Shown here: one piece after another, positions 1-9,917 of the stretch
Layout of the letters: each line of letters starts with the position of its first letter
Position numbering within the stretch: the first letter of the stretch is position 1
Origin: Candidatus Krumholzibacteriia bacterium
Lineage (GTDB): Bacteria; Krumholzibacteriota; Krumholzibacteriia; WVZY01
Length of the DNA: 64,000 nucleotides
Reading direction: 5' to 3'
Assembly: GCA_046754105.1 (NCBI GenBank)
Contig: JBHHVD010000005.1
Coordinates: 933-64,932 of the forward strand
Notes under the pieces: model-generated
Database searches by the model: none
Told to the model about the DNA's origin: nothing
The model's input: only the letters and a program-made list of their open reading frames with translations
Program-made: the position numbers and the translations under genes

Positions 1-52
1 GCTCCCGGAAGGGGTTACGGCCGCTGCGCCCGGATCGCGCTGCGTCCAAATC

Positions 53-1774
53 CTACAAGCCCATCAGCTCCTTGACGTATTTCGCCGGGGGAGACCCAAA
101 GGAGAGCATCCGGTCGTGCATCGTTTTCATATCCGTGTTCTCGCCCTGTTTTTCCTCGTACGCGTCACGGATGGCATTGACCTCTATGTTACCTACGAAG
201 TAGGTGGAGAGCTGGGTGGAGGTCAGGCACGCGCGGCGCCACTTGCCGGCCGCCTCGCCCTCTTCCTGGAACCCCTCGCCGATCATGAGGTCGATGGCTT
301 CTTGCTCGGTCATACCGGCCGTGTGGATTTTCTGATCGATGATGGCGTTGATGATCAGGCGCAGCCGCATCTTGAGCTGCTGCATCTTGACCTCGGGGCC
401 GCCGTAGCCCTTCTCGGCCATGAGCTGCTCGGCGTAGGTGGCCCAGCCCTCGACAAAGGGACCGCTGTAGAAGATCGAACGGATCATGGTCGGCGCCTTG
501 AACCGGTTCGAGTGCGCCAGCTGCAGGTAGTGACCGGGTACCGCTTCGTGAATCGTGAGGTCGTGAAGCATGTAGTCGTTGTATTCCCGAAAAAATGACG
601 TAACACGCGCCTCGTCCCAATCCTCGGGCGTCGGCGAGATGGCGTAGAATGTTTTTCCCTGGGGTTCCAGTGGGCCCGGAGCGTCACAATAGGCGACGGC
701 CACGCCACGCTGGAACTCGGGCATCACGATGAGATTAATCGGCTCATCGGGCACGGTAACCAGGTTTCTCTCCGACACAAACCTCGTGCATTCGTCCAGG
801 CACTCGCTCGCCTTGCCGACGATGGTCTCGTTGCTCGGGTGGGTCTCGGCCAGCCGGTCCAGCACGGTCTTGATCACGAGCTTCCTGTCGGGGCTGTCCC
901 CCGATCCGGCCGCCTGCCTGTACAACGGCAACGCCGTCCGGTACATCTCCTCCTGCGTGGCAGAGAGCGCCTTTTCGGCTTGTCCGAGTATGTCCTCCAT
1001 CGTCAGGTCCGATTCGAGAACGTAGTGGAGCTTCCTGCGGAACTTGTCCTCGCCGAGACGAAACTCGCCGTCCGCCGTCGGCAGCAGGTCCCGCTCGAGC
1101 CAGTTGCCGTAGTACTCCAGGGCCGCCACGGCCTTTTGCCGCACCGGCCGCAACTCGTCGGACAGTTCCGGAACCTCATCCACGAAGGCCTGCAACCCGT
1201 CCTGTATGAGACCGATGGTGCCCTTGTTCTGCCGAATGGCCGTTTCGACGTGAACCCTGGGCGGGTTCTTGAGATTGGCCTTCGCCAGGGCGGTGACTCC
1301 CGGGAGCTGGCGCAGGCGTTGCTCGACACTCCGCAAGCGGTCCTTCAGCGGCGCGAAATCCCGGACCAGCAGGTTATAGATTGCCCCGCCCACGTTGTAC
1401 ACCAGCGGGTTCCACTCGTACTCCCGGAGCGTCTCCAGGCGGAATATCGTCTCCTCCACCTGGTTGCGGAGGATGTGGTAGTCGACGCGGTTGATTTCGC
1501 CGAGCCGCGCGGGGTCGATCTCCTCCAGGACATCCAGCGTCGCTTTGTTGAACGCGAGGTTCGCTTTGACTCCGGCCAGGCTGTAATCGTCCATACGATG
1601 GTCCCAACGGTGGTCACCCAGGGCGGTCGCCGCCTCCGGGTTCATCTCCAGGTACTTCTCTATAAAGTCGGCGGCGATCTTTTCGAAGGTTTGATCGTCC
1701 GCCACCGAATTCGAGCATGAAGCGACAAACATCGCGCACCCCACAACGATTAAAAGTGTGAATAGCCTTTTCAT
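53..1774 (-). CDS. DUF885-family lipoprotein (putative secreted metallopeptidase-like protein)
   Basis: 573-aa ORF. N-terminal lipoprotein signal MKRLFTLLIVVGCAMFVASC. Carries the HEAVPGHYLQ motif typical of DUF885. Confidence 0.8.
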   Translation of the reverse strand: MKRLFTLLIVVGCAMFVASCSNSVADDQTFEKIAADFIEKYLEMNPEAATALGDHRWDHRMDDYSLAGVKANLAFNKATLDVLEEIDPARLGEINRVDYHILRNQVEETIFRLETLREYEWNPLVYNVGGAIYNLLVRDFAPLKDRLRSVEQRLRQLPGVTALAKANLKNPPRVHVETAIRQNKGTIGLIQDGLQAFVDEVPELSDELRPVRQKAVAALEYYGNWLERDLLPTADGEFRLGEDKFRRKLHYVLESDLTMEDILGQAEKALSATQEEMYRTALPLYRQAAGSGDSPDRKLVIKTVLDRLAETHPSNETIVGKASECLDECTRFVSERNLVTVPDEPINLIVMPEFQRGVAVAYCDAPGPLEPQGKTFYAISPTPEDWDEARVTSFFREYNDYMLHDLTIHEAVPGHYLQLAHSNRFKAPTMIRSIFYSGPFVEGWATYAEQLMAEKGYGGPEVKMQQLKMRLRLIINAIIDQKIHTAGMTEQEAIDLMIGEGFQEEGEAAGKWRRACLTSTQLSTYFVGNIEVNAIRDAYEEKQGENTDMKTMHDRMLSFGSPPAKYVKELMGL

Positions 1775-1838
1775 CTGATTCCCCTTTGCATACCAGCGTT
1801 CGTACGGTTGTCGCGAATGCTGCTGGTGTCCCTTCTGT

Positions 1839-2729
1839 TTATCGCCGTTCCCCGGGCGAATAGCTGTTGTACACCGTTTCGATCCATCTCTCCGTCGGAA
1901 TGAAAGACCAGCTCCACGAATCCCACCGCGCCCCCAACCCGGCGTCTTTGATCTCGTCCAGGCTCCTGCCGTCCTTCATGCGGGCGCGGATGACCCGCGT
2001 TGTCTCGACCAGCATCGTGTGAAAGCTCTCGAGGTCGTCCAGCGTCGAGAGAGGCCCGTGACCGGGGATGATCTTCACACCGCCCGATAGTTCGTCGAGC
2101 ACCTTTTTTACGCTGTGGATGTATCCTTCGACGTCGCCGCCGCTGGCCAGATCGACGAACGGAAACAAACCCGAAAAAAACAGGTCGCCCATATGCACCA
2201 CGTTCGAACCCGTGAAATAGACCACGCAGTCACCGTCCGTGTGGCTCTGCGGCGCGTGGATCGCCTTTATCTCCTCGCCGTTGAAGTGAAGCGACAACGA
2301 CGAATCGAAAGTGATCACGGGCAGCGCCCCCTCCGGGCTCGGCTCGATCGTTCGCTCCGGTCTCTTGGCGCCCGTCACCATGCGCTTGCGGACGTTTTCG
2401 TGCGCGATGATCGTCGCCTCGCGGCCGAACACCTCGTTGCCGCCCGTATGGTCACCGTGCCAGTGCGTATTGAGCAGGAATTCGAGCTTGCCCTCGCTGA
2501 TATCCCGGAGGGCGGCACGTATCTTCTCCGCCAGGCGCGCGAACTGGTCATCCACGATGAGGATACCGTCCGCGCCCACCGACACGCCGATGTTGCCTCC
2601 CGAGCCTTCCAGCATGTACACGTTGCCCGCGACCCGCGTGGTCTTGATTGAGACCTCCTGGGCGTTCGCCACCACCCCCAGGCAAAGAATCATGCCGGCA
2701 CATATGGATGTCAAACGGCGCATCCTCAT
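1839..2729 (-). CDS. secreted MBL-fold metallo-hydrolase
   Basis: Signal peptide (MRMRRLTSICAGMILCLGVVANA). HWHGDHTGG (HxHxDH) zinc motif, with later His/Asp ligands. Confidence 0.8.
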   Translation of the reverse strand: MRMRRLTSICAGMILCLGVVANAQEVSIKTTRVAGNVYMLEGSGGNIGVSVGADGILIVDDQFARLAEKIRAALRDISEGKLEFLLNTHWHGDHTGGNEVFGREATIIAHENVRKRMVTGAKRPERTIEPSPEGALPVITFDSSLSLHFNGEEIKAIHAPQSHTDGDCVVYFTGSNVVHMGDLFFSGLFPFVDLASGGDVEGYIHSVKKVLDELSGGVKIIPGHGPLSTLDDLESFHTMLVETTRVIRARMKDGRSLDEIKDAGLGARWDSWSWSFIPTERWIETVYNSYSPGERR

Positions 2730-3469
2730 GGGCGACTCCTTCCGTAACTAGCGTCCACCATACCGGTCCCGCCCGGTGACGCCAGCGAATCGTACGCCGA
2801 GCGCCGGGACTCTGCCCCCCTTCCGGCGTCGCGGGCGCGCCGTACCAGGTTCTTCATGCCTGCGCCTGCCAGTGCGCGTGTCCGTGCCGGGAGCGTTTTC
2901 ACCCCGCCCGGCGCGGCGAGGTGCGCTCGCAGGCCGCTCGTGCCTGCGGCCGCCGCCGTCCGCGCATGGGCGGACAGAAACCTCGCCCCGGAAATCAGCC
3001 GCGTACCGGCGTGACCGCCCGCATGCACAGCGGCACGTGAGCCATCGCGGACGTTGCGCCCGATCGCCTTGAAGAAACCGACCGCGGCGTTCATACGATC
3101 CACGTAGATCCTGAGCAGGTTGTAGACGACCAGTGAGATAAAACACTCGCACAGCAGCACCAGGCCCCAGAAAGCGTACGTGTTCTCGAAGGCCGCCAGC
3201 CCCGGCACGCTCCATGACAGCTCTTCGATCGAGCGATAAAAATACTTGACCACGGGCAAAACCAGCGGCAGCGCGTACAGCAGAGAGGCCACCACAACGA
3301 GCTGTTTCTGTCTTCTTTCAACCTTGGCGGGGGCAAGCCCACGCCGCCGGCCCGTCGATTCGATCCGGTTCCATCCGGCGCGAACTCGTTCCAGCAGAAA
3401 TACGGTCACGATCGCATAGAGAATGTTTTCCTTGTTGGCGCGCGCCGAATTCCAGACTCCAAAGAACAT
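2726..3469 (-). CDS. hypothetical membrane protein with low-complexity Arg/Ala/Gly-rich C-terminal tail
   Basis: I place the start at the internal ATG (MFFGVWNS) at 3467-3469, preceded by AGGAGGTG. There are 3-4 hydrophobic helices. The stop overlaps the start of the downstream MBL gene by 4 nt. Confidence 0.5.
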   Translation of the reverse strand: MFFGVWNSARANKENILYAIVTVFLLERVRAGWNRIESTGRRRGLAPAKVERRQKQLVVVASLLYALPLVLPVVKYFYRSIEELSWSVPGLAAFENTYAFWGLVLLCECFISLVVYNLLRIYVDRMNAAVGFFKAIGRNVRDGSRAAVHAGGHAGTRLISGARFLSAHARTAAAAGTSGLRAHLAAPGGVKTLPARTRALAGAGMKNLVRRARDAGRGAESRRSAYDSLASPGGTGMVDASYGRSRP

Positions 3470-3619
3470 GGCCGCCACCTCCTGTGTGGAAGTTGTTGGG
3501 GGGAAAAACGAATGACCCGGGCGCCGGCCCCGCGCGGGGCTGCTTCGCCATGGGTAGCGGGGCGACGGAAAGGGGCAGAATAGCAGGATGGCCACGCGCT
3601 ATCAAGACGAGAATCCCCG

Positions 3620-6600
3620 CTAGCCGGCCCCGTCCTTGCGCCGGCGTCTGAATAGCCTGCGAACGTCGTCCGAGATCACGTAGAGAGACGGCACGATGCC
3701 CAGTGTGAGCGGCGAAGCAAAGAGGATACCGTACCCGAGAGCCAGCGCCATGGGGGCCATGAAGGGGTCGGAGCCGCCGATACCGTAGGCCAGCGGCAGC
3801 AGGCCGACCACGGTGGTGACGGTGGTGAGCAGCACCGGCCGCAGACGGTCGGTCGCGCCCTGGATGACCATCTCCTTGACCGTGGCGCCCTTGGAGTCGC
3901 GCTTGATATCGTTGATGTGGTTTACGAGTACCAGCGAATCGTTGACAACGATTCCGCTCAGCCCCACAAGGCCCATCATGGCGAGGAACCCGATGTCCTG
4001 GCCGTGCAGTGCGAAGGCGACGATCACACCCATGATGCCGAACGGGATGGCGATCATGACCATGCCCGGCTGCGTCGGCGAGTTGAAGAGGAGCATCAGC
4101 ACGAAGTAGATGCCGACGACGGCGATCAGAAACGCCTGGAAGAGGCTTCGCATTGACTCCTGGGTTTCCTCCGCCTCACCACCGATCTCGAACCGCAGGT
4201 TCGGCCAGTCCTGCTCCACGTCGAAACGCTCTACTACGGCGTTGGTCGCCTTGACCGGTGTAGTCACGCCGTTGACGACGTCCGCGGTTATCGTCACCGC
4301 CCGGTCGCCGTCGAAATGGTAATAGTTCGACGGGCCGGGACCGGTCGCGAGCCTGGCCACGTCGCTGAGCGGGATCATGCGCCCGCGGCTGTTCGGCACC
4401 AGGAGTTCCTTCAAGAACCGGGGATTCCGGCGCGCGCGCTCGTCGAGCTGCACACGAAAATCCACGTCTTCGTCGCCGTAGCGAACGTCGGTTACCACCT
4501 CACCGTCGTATGCGAAACGCACGCTCTGCGCGATATCGGCCACGCTCAGCCCGACGCGTGCCAGCCTGCCGTAGTCGATCTTGATCTCCACCTGGTCCTT
4601 GCCCCGTTTGTCATTGCGGTCTATGTCCTTGACGCCATCGAAGCCCGCCAGGAACGCGACCACTGAATCCGCCAGCGCCTTGCGCTCTGCGTCGCCGTTT
4701 CCCACTACGCGTATCGTAATCGGCCGCCCCACCGGCGGTCCTCCTGCGTCGATCAGATACACGACTTTCTCGAACCCTTCGATGCGGGCACTCTGCACAC
4801 GAAGGTCTTCCACGATCTCGTCAGCGACCCGTGAGCGCTTGTCGTAGGGCGTCAGGTTGACGCCGATAATGGCCCAGTTCTCATTCTCGCCCGGCGAGAA
4901 CTCCCCCTGCGTACCCACGCGTGTAACGAACGACTGAACTTCCTCGTCTGGCAAGGCGACGATCAACTCCTCGAGTTTCTCTACCTTTTTGGAGGTCGCC
5001 TGCAGGGAGGACCCCGTCGGAAGCTCGATCAGCAGGTAAAATGTATCCGCACTGCTGGTGGGAAACAGGACGAAATCCATGAAATTCACCGCGTACCACA
5101 GGCAGGCAGCCAGCGACACCACTGACACGAAGACTACCAGGTAGCGCAGCGTCAGCACGTGGCGCATACTCTTTTCGTAGAGGGCGCGCACGCGGTCGAA
5201 CCAGCTGCGCGTCTTCCTGACCACCGAGACGCCGCCCTCGCGAAGCCCCATGATCAGGTGTGCCGGCAGGGCGGTCATGGCTTCGAAGAGCGAAATAAAG
5301 AGCGCGAGTGACATGACGAGCGGTATGACGACGACGAACTTGCCCATGATGCCCGACATGAAGAACATGGGGGCGAACGCCATGAACGTGGTGACGATCG
5401 TCGTCAGAACCGGCCAGAACACCTCGCTGATGCCTTCCACCGCAGCCTGCAGGGGCGGCTCGCCCCGTTCGCGGTGCATGTGCACGTTCTCTGCGATAAT
5501 AATGCCGTCGTCGACGATGATGCCGATTACCTGGATCATGGCCGCCAGCGCGATCACGTCGAGATACGAATCGAACAGCGGCAGCATGAACACGACGCCG
5601 AGAACCGTGACGGGAATGCCCATCGCCACCCAGAACGCGCTGCGCATGTTGAGAAAGAGGCTCAGCATCAGCAACACCATGCCGAGGCCGATCCACCCGT
5701 TGTTTGTTACTACCTTGATACGGTTGCGGACGTAGAACGACTGGTCGGCGGAGTAGAGAACCTCGACGCCCTCCGGCAGGCTGCCATTCATCCGTTCGAC
5801 GAGGCCCTTGATCGCGTCCACTGTGCGGATGACGTCGGCGGATTCCTTCTTGTTGACGATGAAGGAAATGCTCGGGCGCCCGTTCATTCGCGAGATAATA
5901 CGTTCGTCCTCGAAGTCGTCCTCGACGATGGCGAGGTCTCTTATCCGTATGAGCGGGCCGTCGAAGGTCGACCGCACGATGACGTTGCCGACCTCCATCG
6001 GGTTTCGGAACTGGGCCAGGGTTACGACGGTCTTTTCATCCGTGTACGACTCGAAGGTGCCGCCGGTAGCTCGGATGTTGCGCCCAGCGATGGCATTCAT
6101 TATCTCTCGCAGCGGGATCTGGTAGCGATCCATCGCCTCCGGCGACACTTCCACCTGGATCTCGCGATCGCGGTAGCCGTAGCGGTCCACGCTGGACACG
6201 CCGGGCAGGTCCTCGAGCTGCTGCTCGAAACGTTTCGCGTGCTCCCGCAGCTCGCGATACGGTATATCACCGGAGAGCCCGACCTCCACGACGGGAAAAA
6301 CCGCGGTCGATATCTCGGCGATCTCCGGCGCCTCGTCGACGGCTTCCGGAAAATCCGTGATGCGGTTTACCGCGTCGCGGATCTCCCGCTTGACGTCGTC
6401 CTGGTCGTCGAGGTTCGGGTCGATGACCACGTCCAGCACCGAAATATTCTCCATCGACACCGACGTCATGCGGTCTATCCCGCTGACTTCTTTCAGCTCC
6501 TTTTCGATCTTGTTGGTGACGTTGAGCTCGACGTCCTCGGGAGAGGCCCCGGGATATACCGTCGTGACAATCAACTCGCCAAAGTCCACCGTCGGAAACA

Positions 6601-6709
6601 CGTCCCGCTTGATGCGGCTGAGCGAGTGGAGCCCCAGCAAGATGGTCATGAGGGTGATCAACGTGGCCAACAGGTGACGGCTGGCAAAATATCGAAAGAA
6701 ACTTCGCAT
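3620..6709 (-). CDS. RND-family efflux transporter permease (AcrB/HAE-like)
   Basis: 1029 aa with 12-TM RND architecture. TM4 motif VIGIIVDDGIIIAEN. GAGGAA lies upstream of the ATG. Confidence 0.9.
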   Translation of the reverse strand: MRSFFRYFASRHLLATLITLMTILLGLHSLSRIKRDVFPTVDFGELIVTTVYPGASPEDVELNVTNKIEKELKEVSGIDRMTSVSMENISVLDVVIDPNLDDQDDVKREIRDAVNRITDFPEAVDEAPEIAEISTAVFPVVEVGLSGDIPYRELREHAKRFEQQLEDLPGVSSVDRYGYRDREIQVEVSPEAMDRYQIPLREIMNAIAGRNIRATGGTFESYTDEKTVVTLAQFRNPMEVGNVIVRSTFDGPLIRIRDLAIVEDDFEDERIISRMNGRPSISFIVNKKESADVIRTVDAIKGLVERMNGSLPEGVEVLYSADQSFYVRNRIKVVTNNGWIGLGMVLLMLSLFLNMRSAFWVAMGIPVTVLGVVFMLPLFDSYLDVIALAAMIQVIGIIVDDGIIIAENVHMHRERGEPPLQAAVEGISEVFWPVLTTIVTTFMAFAPMFFMSGIMGKFVVVIPLVMSLALFISLFEAMTALPAHLIMGLREGGVSVVRKTRSWFDRVRALYEKSMRHVLTLRYLVVFVSVVSLAACLWYAVNFMDFVLFPTSSADTFYLLIELPTGSSLQATSKKVEKLEELIVALPDEEVQSFVTRVGTQGEFSPGENENWAIIGVNLTPYDKRSRVADEIVEDLRVQSARIEGFEKVVYLIDAGGPPVGRPITIRVVGNGDAERKALADSVVAFLAGFDGVKDIDRNDKRGKDQVEIKIDYGRLARVGLSVADIAQSVRFAYDGEVVTDVRYGDEDVDFRVQLDERARRNPRFLKELLVPNSRGRMIPLSDVARLATGPGPSNYYHFDGDRAVTITADVVNGVTTPVKATNAVVERFDVEQDWPNLRFEIGGEAEETQESMRSLFQAFLIAVVGIYFVLMLLFNSPTQPGMVMIAIPFGIMGVIVAFALHGQDIGFLAMMGLVGLSGIVVNDSLVLVNHINDIKRDSKGATVKEMVIQGATDRLRPVLLTTVTTVVGLLPLAYGIGGSDPFMAPMALALGYGILFASPLTLGIVPSLYVISDDVRRLFRRRRKDGAG

Positions 6710-6783
6710 GTTTCCTCAGGTGGTTCCCCACCGCGTTCACGCGGTGGCGCGATCGTCTCAAAAACCCTGTCCTGCGGGGACGC

Positions 6784-8235
6784 CTAAGGTGCCGGCAGCA
6801 GCTCGTCGAGCAGCGCCCGGTACCCCAGCACCAGCTGGTGGTAATTGGCGGCGTTCACCGCGTATCGCAGCTCGGCCAGGGCTTCGCTGTCCTGGCTCTG
6901 GATGACGAATGTGAGCTCGCCCCTGCCCTGGTCGTAGAGACGCTGCTCTTCACGTGTCTTGTTACGCGCCGTCTCGATCTGCTCCTGGTTGATCGCCAGC
7001 ACCGGTACCAACTCCGTAATCTGCGTCCAGAGGCTGCGAAGCTCCGCCTCGAGGTTGACCGACACGCTTTCGATCTCTTTCTCCAGCTGGCGTGCCTGCA
7101 GCTGTGACTGTGCGACATCGGCCCGCGCCGTGTGGTTGCCGAGAGGGTAGCGGAAATCGAGCGCTACGCCGATATCCGGCTCGCTGAGTTCCAGCGCGTC
7201 GGCGAAATCCTCGTCGCCTTCCTGCAGCCCGCTGCTCACACTCAGAAAGAGCTGTGGCCGGGCACGGTCGTCCATTCCCTTCGTCCGGCGCTCGGTCTGC
7301 TCGAGGCGGATGCGCAGGGCGGAAACCAGCCGCTGGTTGCGCACGCGCCCCACCGCCTCGTCTATGCCCGGAACGTCGAGCAGCCGGTAGAGGTCCATGT
7401 CCGGTGTGCCGGCCGTCATCTGCACGTCCCCCGACAGAACCGCCAGCTCGGTCCGCACGGCCTTCTCCCGCAACCTGGTCAGGACCAGTGCCTCCCTGGC
7501 GATCTGTACCGCATCCACGGCTCGTAACACGTCCACCCGGTCGACGAGATTCACCCGGCGCTTGCGAGCGGTTTGCTCGTGCTGCTCGTCGGCCAGCTGC
7601 AGCCGGTCTGCGGCGATGCGGCTCTGCTCGACCGCGAGCGCCCAGTCGACAAAACGAACGGCGACGTCCAGAAGAAAGTTCTCCTGGTTCTCGAGCGCCT
7701 GGACTTCGGAGAAATCGATGTTGAAATCCGCAAGCTCGTATTCGAGCCGGTCGAGCTCTCCACCGCGATTCTGGAGCAGGGGATACACAAAGCTTGCGAT
7801 CACCCGGTTCTCGTAGAAACGCGTCGCCCCCGTGGCCACATCGATCGTCGTCCCGCCGGGGCCGGGCACCGAGATGGCCGGCAGAGACTGGTCCGACAAG
7901 ATCGATTGCCACGAGAGGGAGAGCCGCCCTCCCGTGCGCCAGAAGATCCGTTCCACGGAAGCGGATCCGTCGAGCGTGTACACGCGGTCCGGCGCAAACG
8001 TGCTGTTGATGACCGTCTTCTGGTACGACGCCTTCTTGGTGGAATTCACCGTCCAGTCCTGGACACCGAGAAAGCGGTCACGACCGAGCCTCTCGACGTC
8101 CGTTTGCATCTCCTCCTTGACGAAGAAGGGGTGGTTCGTCCGCACCCTCGCCAGGTATTCATCCATGGTGATGGCGTGCGCGTCGTGGCCGATGACGGCG
8201 GCCACCGCGAGTCCAAGACACACCCGAAACTTCAT
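6784..8235 (-). CDS. TolC-family outer membrane efflux protein
   Basis: Start moved to the internal ATG (MKFRVCLGLAVAAVIGHDAHA signal peptide) at 8233-8235, with AGGTG upstream. Long coiled-coil/beta-barrel repeat composition typical of outer-membrane factors. The 100 upstream codons of the tracked ORF are Arg/Gly-rich noise and overlap tetR. Confidence 0.75.
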   Translation of the reverse strand: MKFRVCLGLAVAAVIGHDAHAITMDEYLARVRTNHPFFVKEEMQTDVERLGRDRFLGVQDWTVNSTKKASYQKTVINSTFAPDRVYTLDGSASVERIFWRTGGRLSLSWQSILSDQSLPAISVPGPGGTTIDVATGATRFYENRVIASFVYPLLQNRGGELDRLEYELADFNIDFSEVQALENQENFLLDVAVRFVDWALAVEQSRIAADRLQLADEQHEQTARKRRVNLVDRVDVLRAVDAVQIAREALVLTRLREKAVRTELAVLSGDVQMTAGTPDMDLYRLLDVPGIDEAVGRVRNQRLVSALRIRLEQTERRTKGMDDRARPQLFLSVSSGLQEGDEDFADALELSEPDIGVALDFRYPLGNHTARADVAQSQLQARQLEKEIESVSVNLEAELRSLWTQITELVPVLAINQEQIETARNKTREEQRLYDQGRGELTFVIQSQDSEALAELRYAVNAANYHQLVLGYRALLDELLPAP

Positions 8236-8261
8236 ACCACACCTGCCTTGTTTGTGGTCCA

Positions 8262-8921
8262 TTACTCCCCATGTCCAGTCTGGGAGCCGCCGCTGCTCAA
8301 CGACCGGTAGATCAGGTCGAAAAATGTCTCCTTCAATTCCTGCGCGCCGATGCCGTGCAGTTCGGCGATCATCCGTCCCTTGGTCGCGATGATTTGCAGC
8401 AGCCCCGTGGCCAGGCCCCAGAGTGTCAGGGCCGTTCGTACCGGGTCGGCGTCGCCGCGGACGGTGCCGTCCTCGATCCCGGCCTGTACCGCCCGCGCAC
8501 ACGTGGCCGTTATGGCCTTGCTTCGCGTATCGCACTCCCCGGCGTACCCCGAGGCCTGGACGTCGGTCCCGAGCGATTCGAAATAGAGCATGGCGTTGGA
8601 GTAATCGGGGAACGCGTCACAAAACTCGAAATAGGCCCGACCGATGGCGGCGATCTTGTCGATTCCCAGCGCCTGCGAATCCAGAGCCGTTTCGAATCGG
8701 GTCTGCAGGATGGCCATGCCCCGCAGGATGACGGCCAGATAAAGGTCTTCCTTGTTCTTGAAATAGAGGTAGAGCGTGCCCTTGCTCAGCTCGGCCGATT
8801 CGGCGACATCGTCCATGGTCGCCTGCCCGACGCCCTTTGCGAAGAACAACTTCTCGGCGGCGTCGATAATCGTCTCCCGCCGCAGCTCTTTCTCGCGCTC
8901 TCGCCGTTCGGGAATGCCCAC
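8262..8921 (-). CDS. TetR/AcrR-family transcriptional regulator
   Basis: N-terminal HTH region: RRETIIDAAEKLFFAKGVGQATMDDVAESAELSKGTLYLYFKNKEDLY. First gene of the tetR-OMF-RND string. Confidence 0.9.
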   Translation of the reverse strand: MGIPERREREKELRRETIIDAAEKLFFAKGVGQATMDDVAESAELSKGTLYLYFKNKEDLYLAVILRGMAILQTRFETALDSQALGIDKIAAIGRAYFEFCDAFPDYSNAMLYFESLGTDVQASGYAGECDTRSKAITATCARAVQAGIEDGTVRGDADPVRTALTLWGLATGLLQIIATKGRMIAELHGIGAQELKETFFDLIYRSLSSGGSQTGHGE

Positions 8922-8987
8922 CGTCTCGCCTCCCTCTCCCCCGTTCTATTCGCGGTTCCACGCCGTTAGTGACTACGAGTCATTCAT

Positions 8988-9001
8988 TATACTATAGTAT
9001 A
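8988..9001. promoter_or_regulatory. perfect 14-bp palindrome TATACTATAGTATA in an AT-rich island upstream of tetR (candidate operator / -10 region)
   Basis: Read directly. A second imperfect dyad, GTGACTACGAGTCAT, lies at about 8969-8983. Both sit 50-80 nt upstream of the tetR start. Confidence 0.45.
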
Positions 9002-9118
9002 GCGAAAAGGGTACACCGGGGCCAGCGGTTTTTTTGGGGGTCCCGGGTTCGGCTGGAAACGTAGCGGCAGGTCTCGATGGGAGGAATGTCACTTCGGCGG
9101 CGCCTCGTGGCCGGGGCG

Positions 9119-9142
9119 CAAAAAGAGGGCGCCGCCCGCAGG
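9119..9142 (-). terminator. intrinsic terminator after the lipoprotein gene
   Basis: GCGCCGCCCGC-AG-GCGGGCGGCGC inverted repeat. On the minus strand it is followed by CCCTCTTTTTG. Confidence 0.6.
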
Positions 9143-9179
9143 CGGGCGGCGCAGGAGAATGCGAAGCGGCGATGGGTCC

Positions 9180-9917
9180 CTAGGACTGGTGGTAGCGGAG
9201 TCCTTTTCTCGACGGCTCTTTGGGGCTCGCGGTGATGCGCGGCGCGATCGCGGTAATCTGGGCCTCTATCTTCCACCCGCTCGCGCCCTTGATCGTCAGC
9301 AGCGACTGATCGTTCCAGTCCTTGAAATCGAGGGTCATGCCGGCAAGCTCGATACTGGAGAGCGCCGTGCTCGAACGGTCTACCAGCTTGATCTTGAGTT
9401 CCTTGACGGCCACGCCGGGCAGCACGTCGAGGTTGCTGCGGCTGCGCACGTCGTAGGAGTCCTCGGGACTCGGGGGGTTCCCCTTCATGACGTCGTTCTT
9501 CAAACGGATCCTCATGTCGACGATATCCGGGTCGGAAGCGAAGTTCAGTCCCATCACGTGGAACCGCACGTGGGACGGCGGGTTCTTGGGCTCGTAGCGG
9601 CCCTCTTCCGGTTTGTCCGGCCGGGTATCGGCGAGGGTCTCGTCGTAGAGGTACGACCCGTCCATCTTGTCGCCCACGCGGATCGCGCCGCCCAGCTCCG
9701 AGGTCGGGTCATTCACCCGGGTGACCCTCGCCTGGAGATCCACGAGGACTAACCCGTCGGCGATCGCCACGCCTTGCAAACTCACGCCTGCCAGAGACGT
9801 CAGCGGCGATTGTCCGGGCGTATCACTCGGCTGCTGCGAACACCCCGTCGTCGTGGCGAGGACGGCGAGGCAGGCGACTGCTGTGAGATAACTCAAAATC
9901 TTGTTTATTTTCGTCAT
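9180..9917 (-). CDS. hypothetical lipoprotein
   Basis: Lipobox signal MTKINKILSYLTAVACLAVLATTTGC. I recognise no family. Confidence 0.6.
   Translation of the reverse strand: MTKINKILSYLTAVACLAVLATTTGCSQQPSDTPGQSPLTSLAGVSLQGVAIADGLVLVDLQARVTRVNDPTSELGGAIRVGDKMDGSYLYDETLADTRPDKPEEGRYEPKNPPSHVRFHVMGLNFASDPDIVDMRIRLKNDVMKGNPPSPEDSYDVRSRSNLDVLPGVAVKELKIKLVDRSSTALSSIELAGMTLDFKDWNDQSLLTIKGASGWKIEAQITAIAPRITASPKEPSRKGLRYHQS

Noticed and set aside
5474-6787. 437-aa plus-strand ORF inside the RND gene
   Set aside because: Antisense shadow ORF within a 1029-aa RND permease.
8236-8535. 100-codon N-terminal extension of the TolC-like ORF
   Set aside because: The extension is Arg/Gly-rich and overlaps tetR. 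A signal peptide with an RBS starts at 8235.
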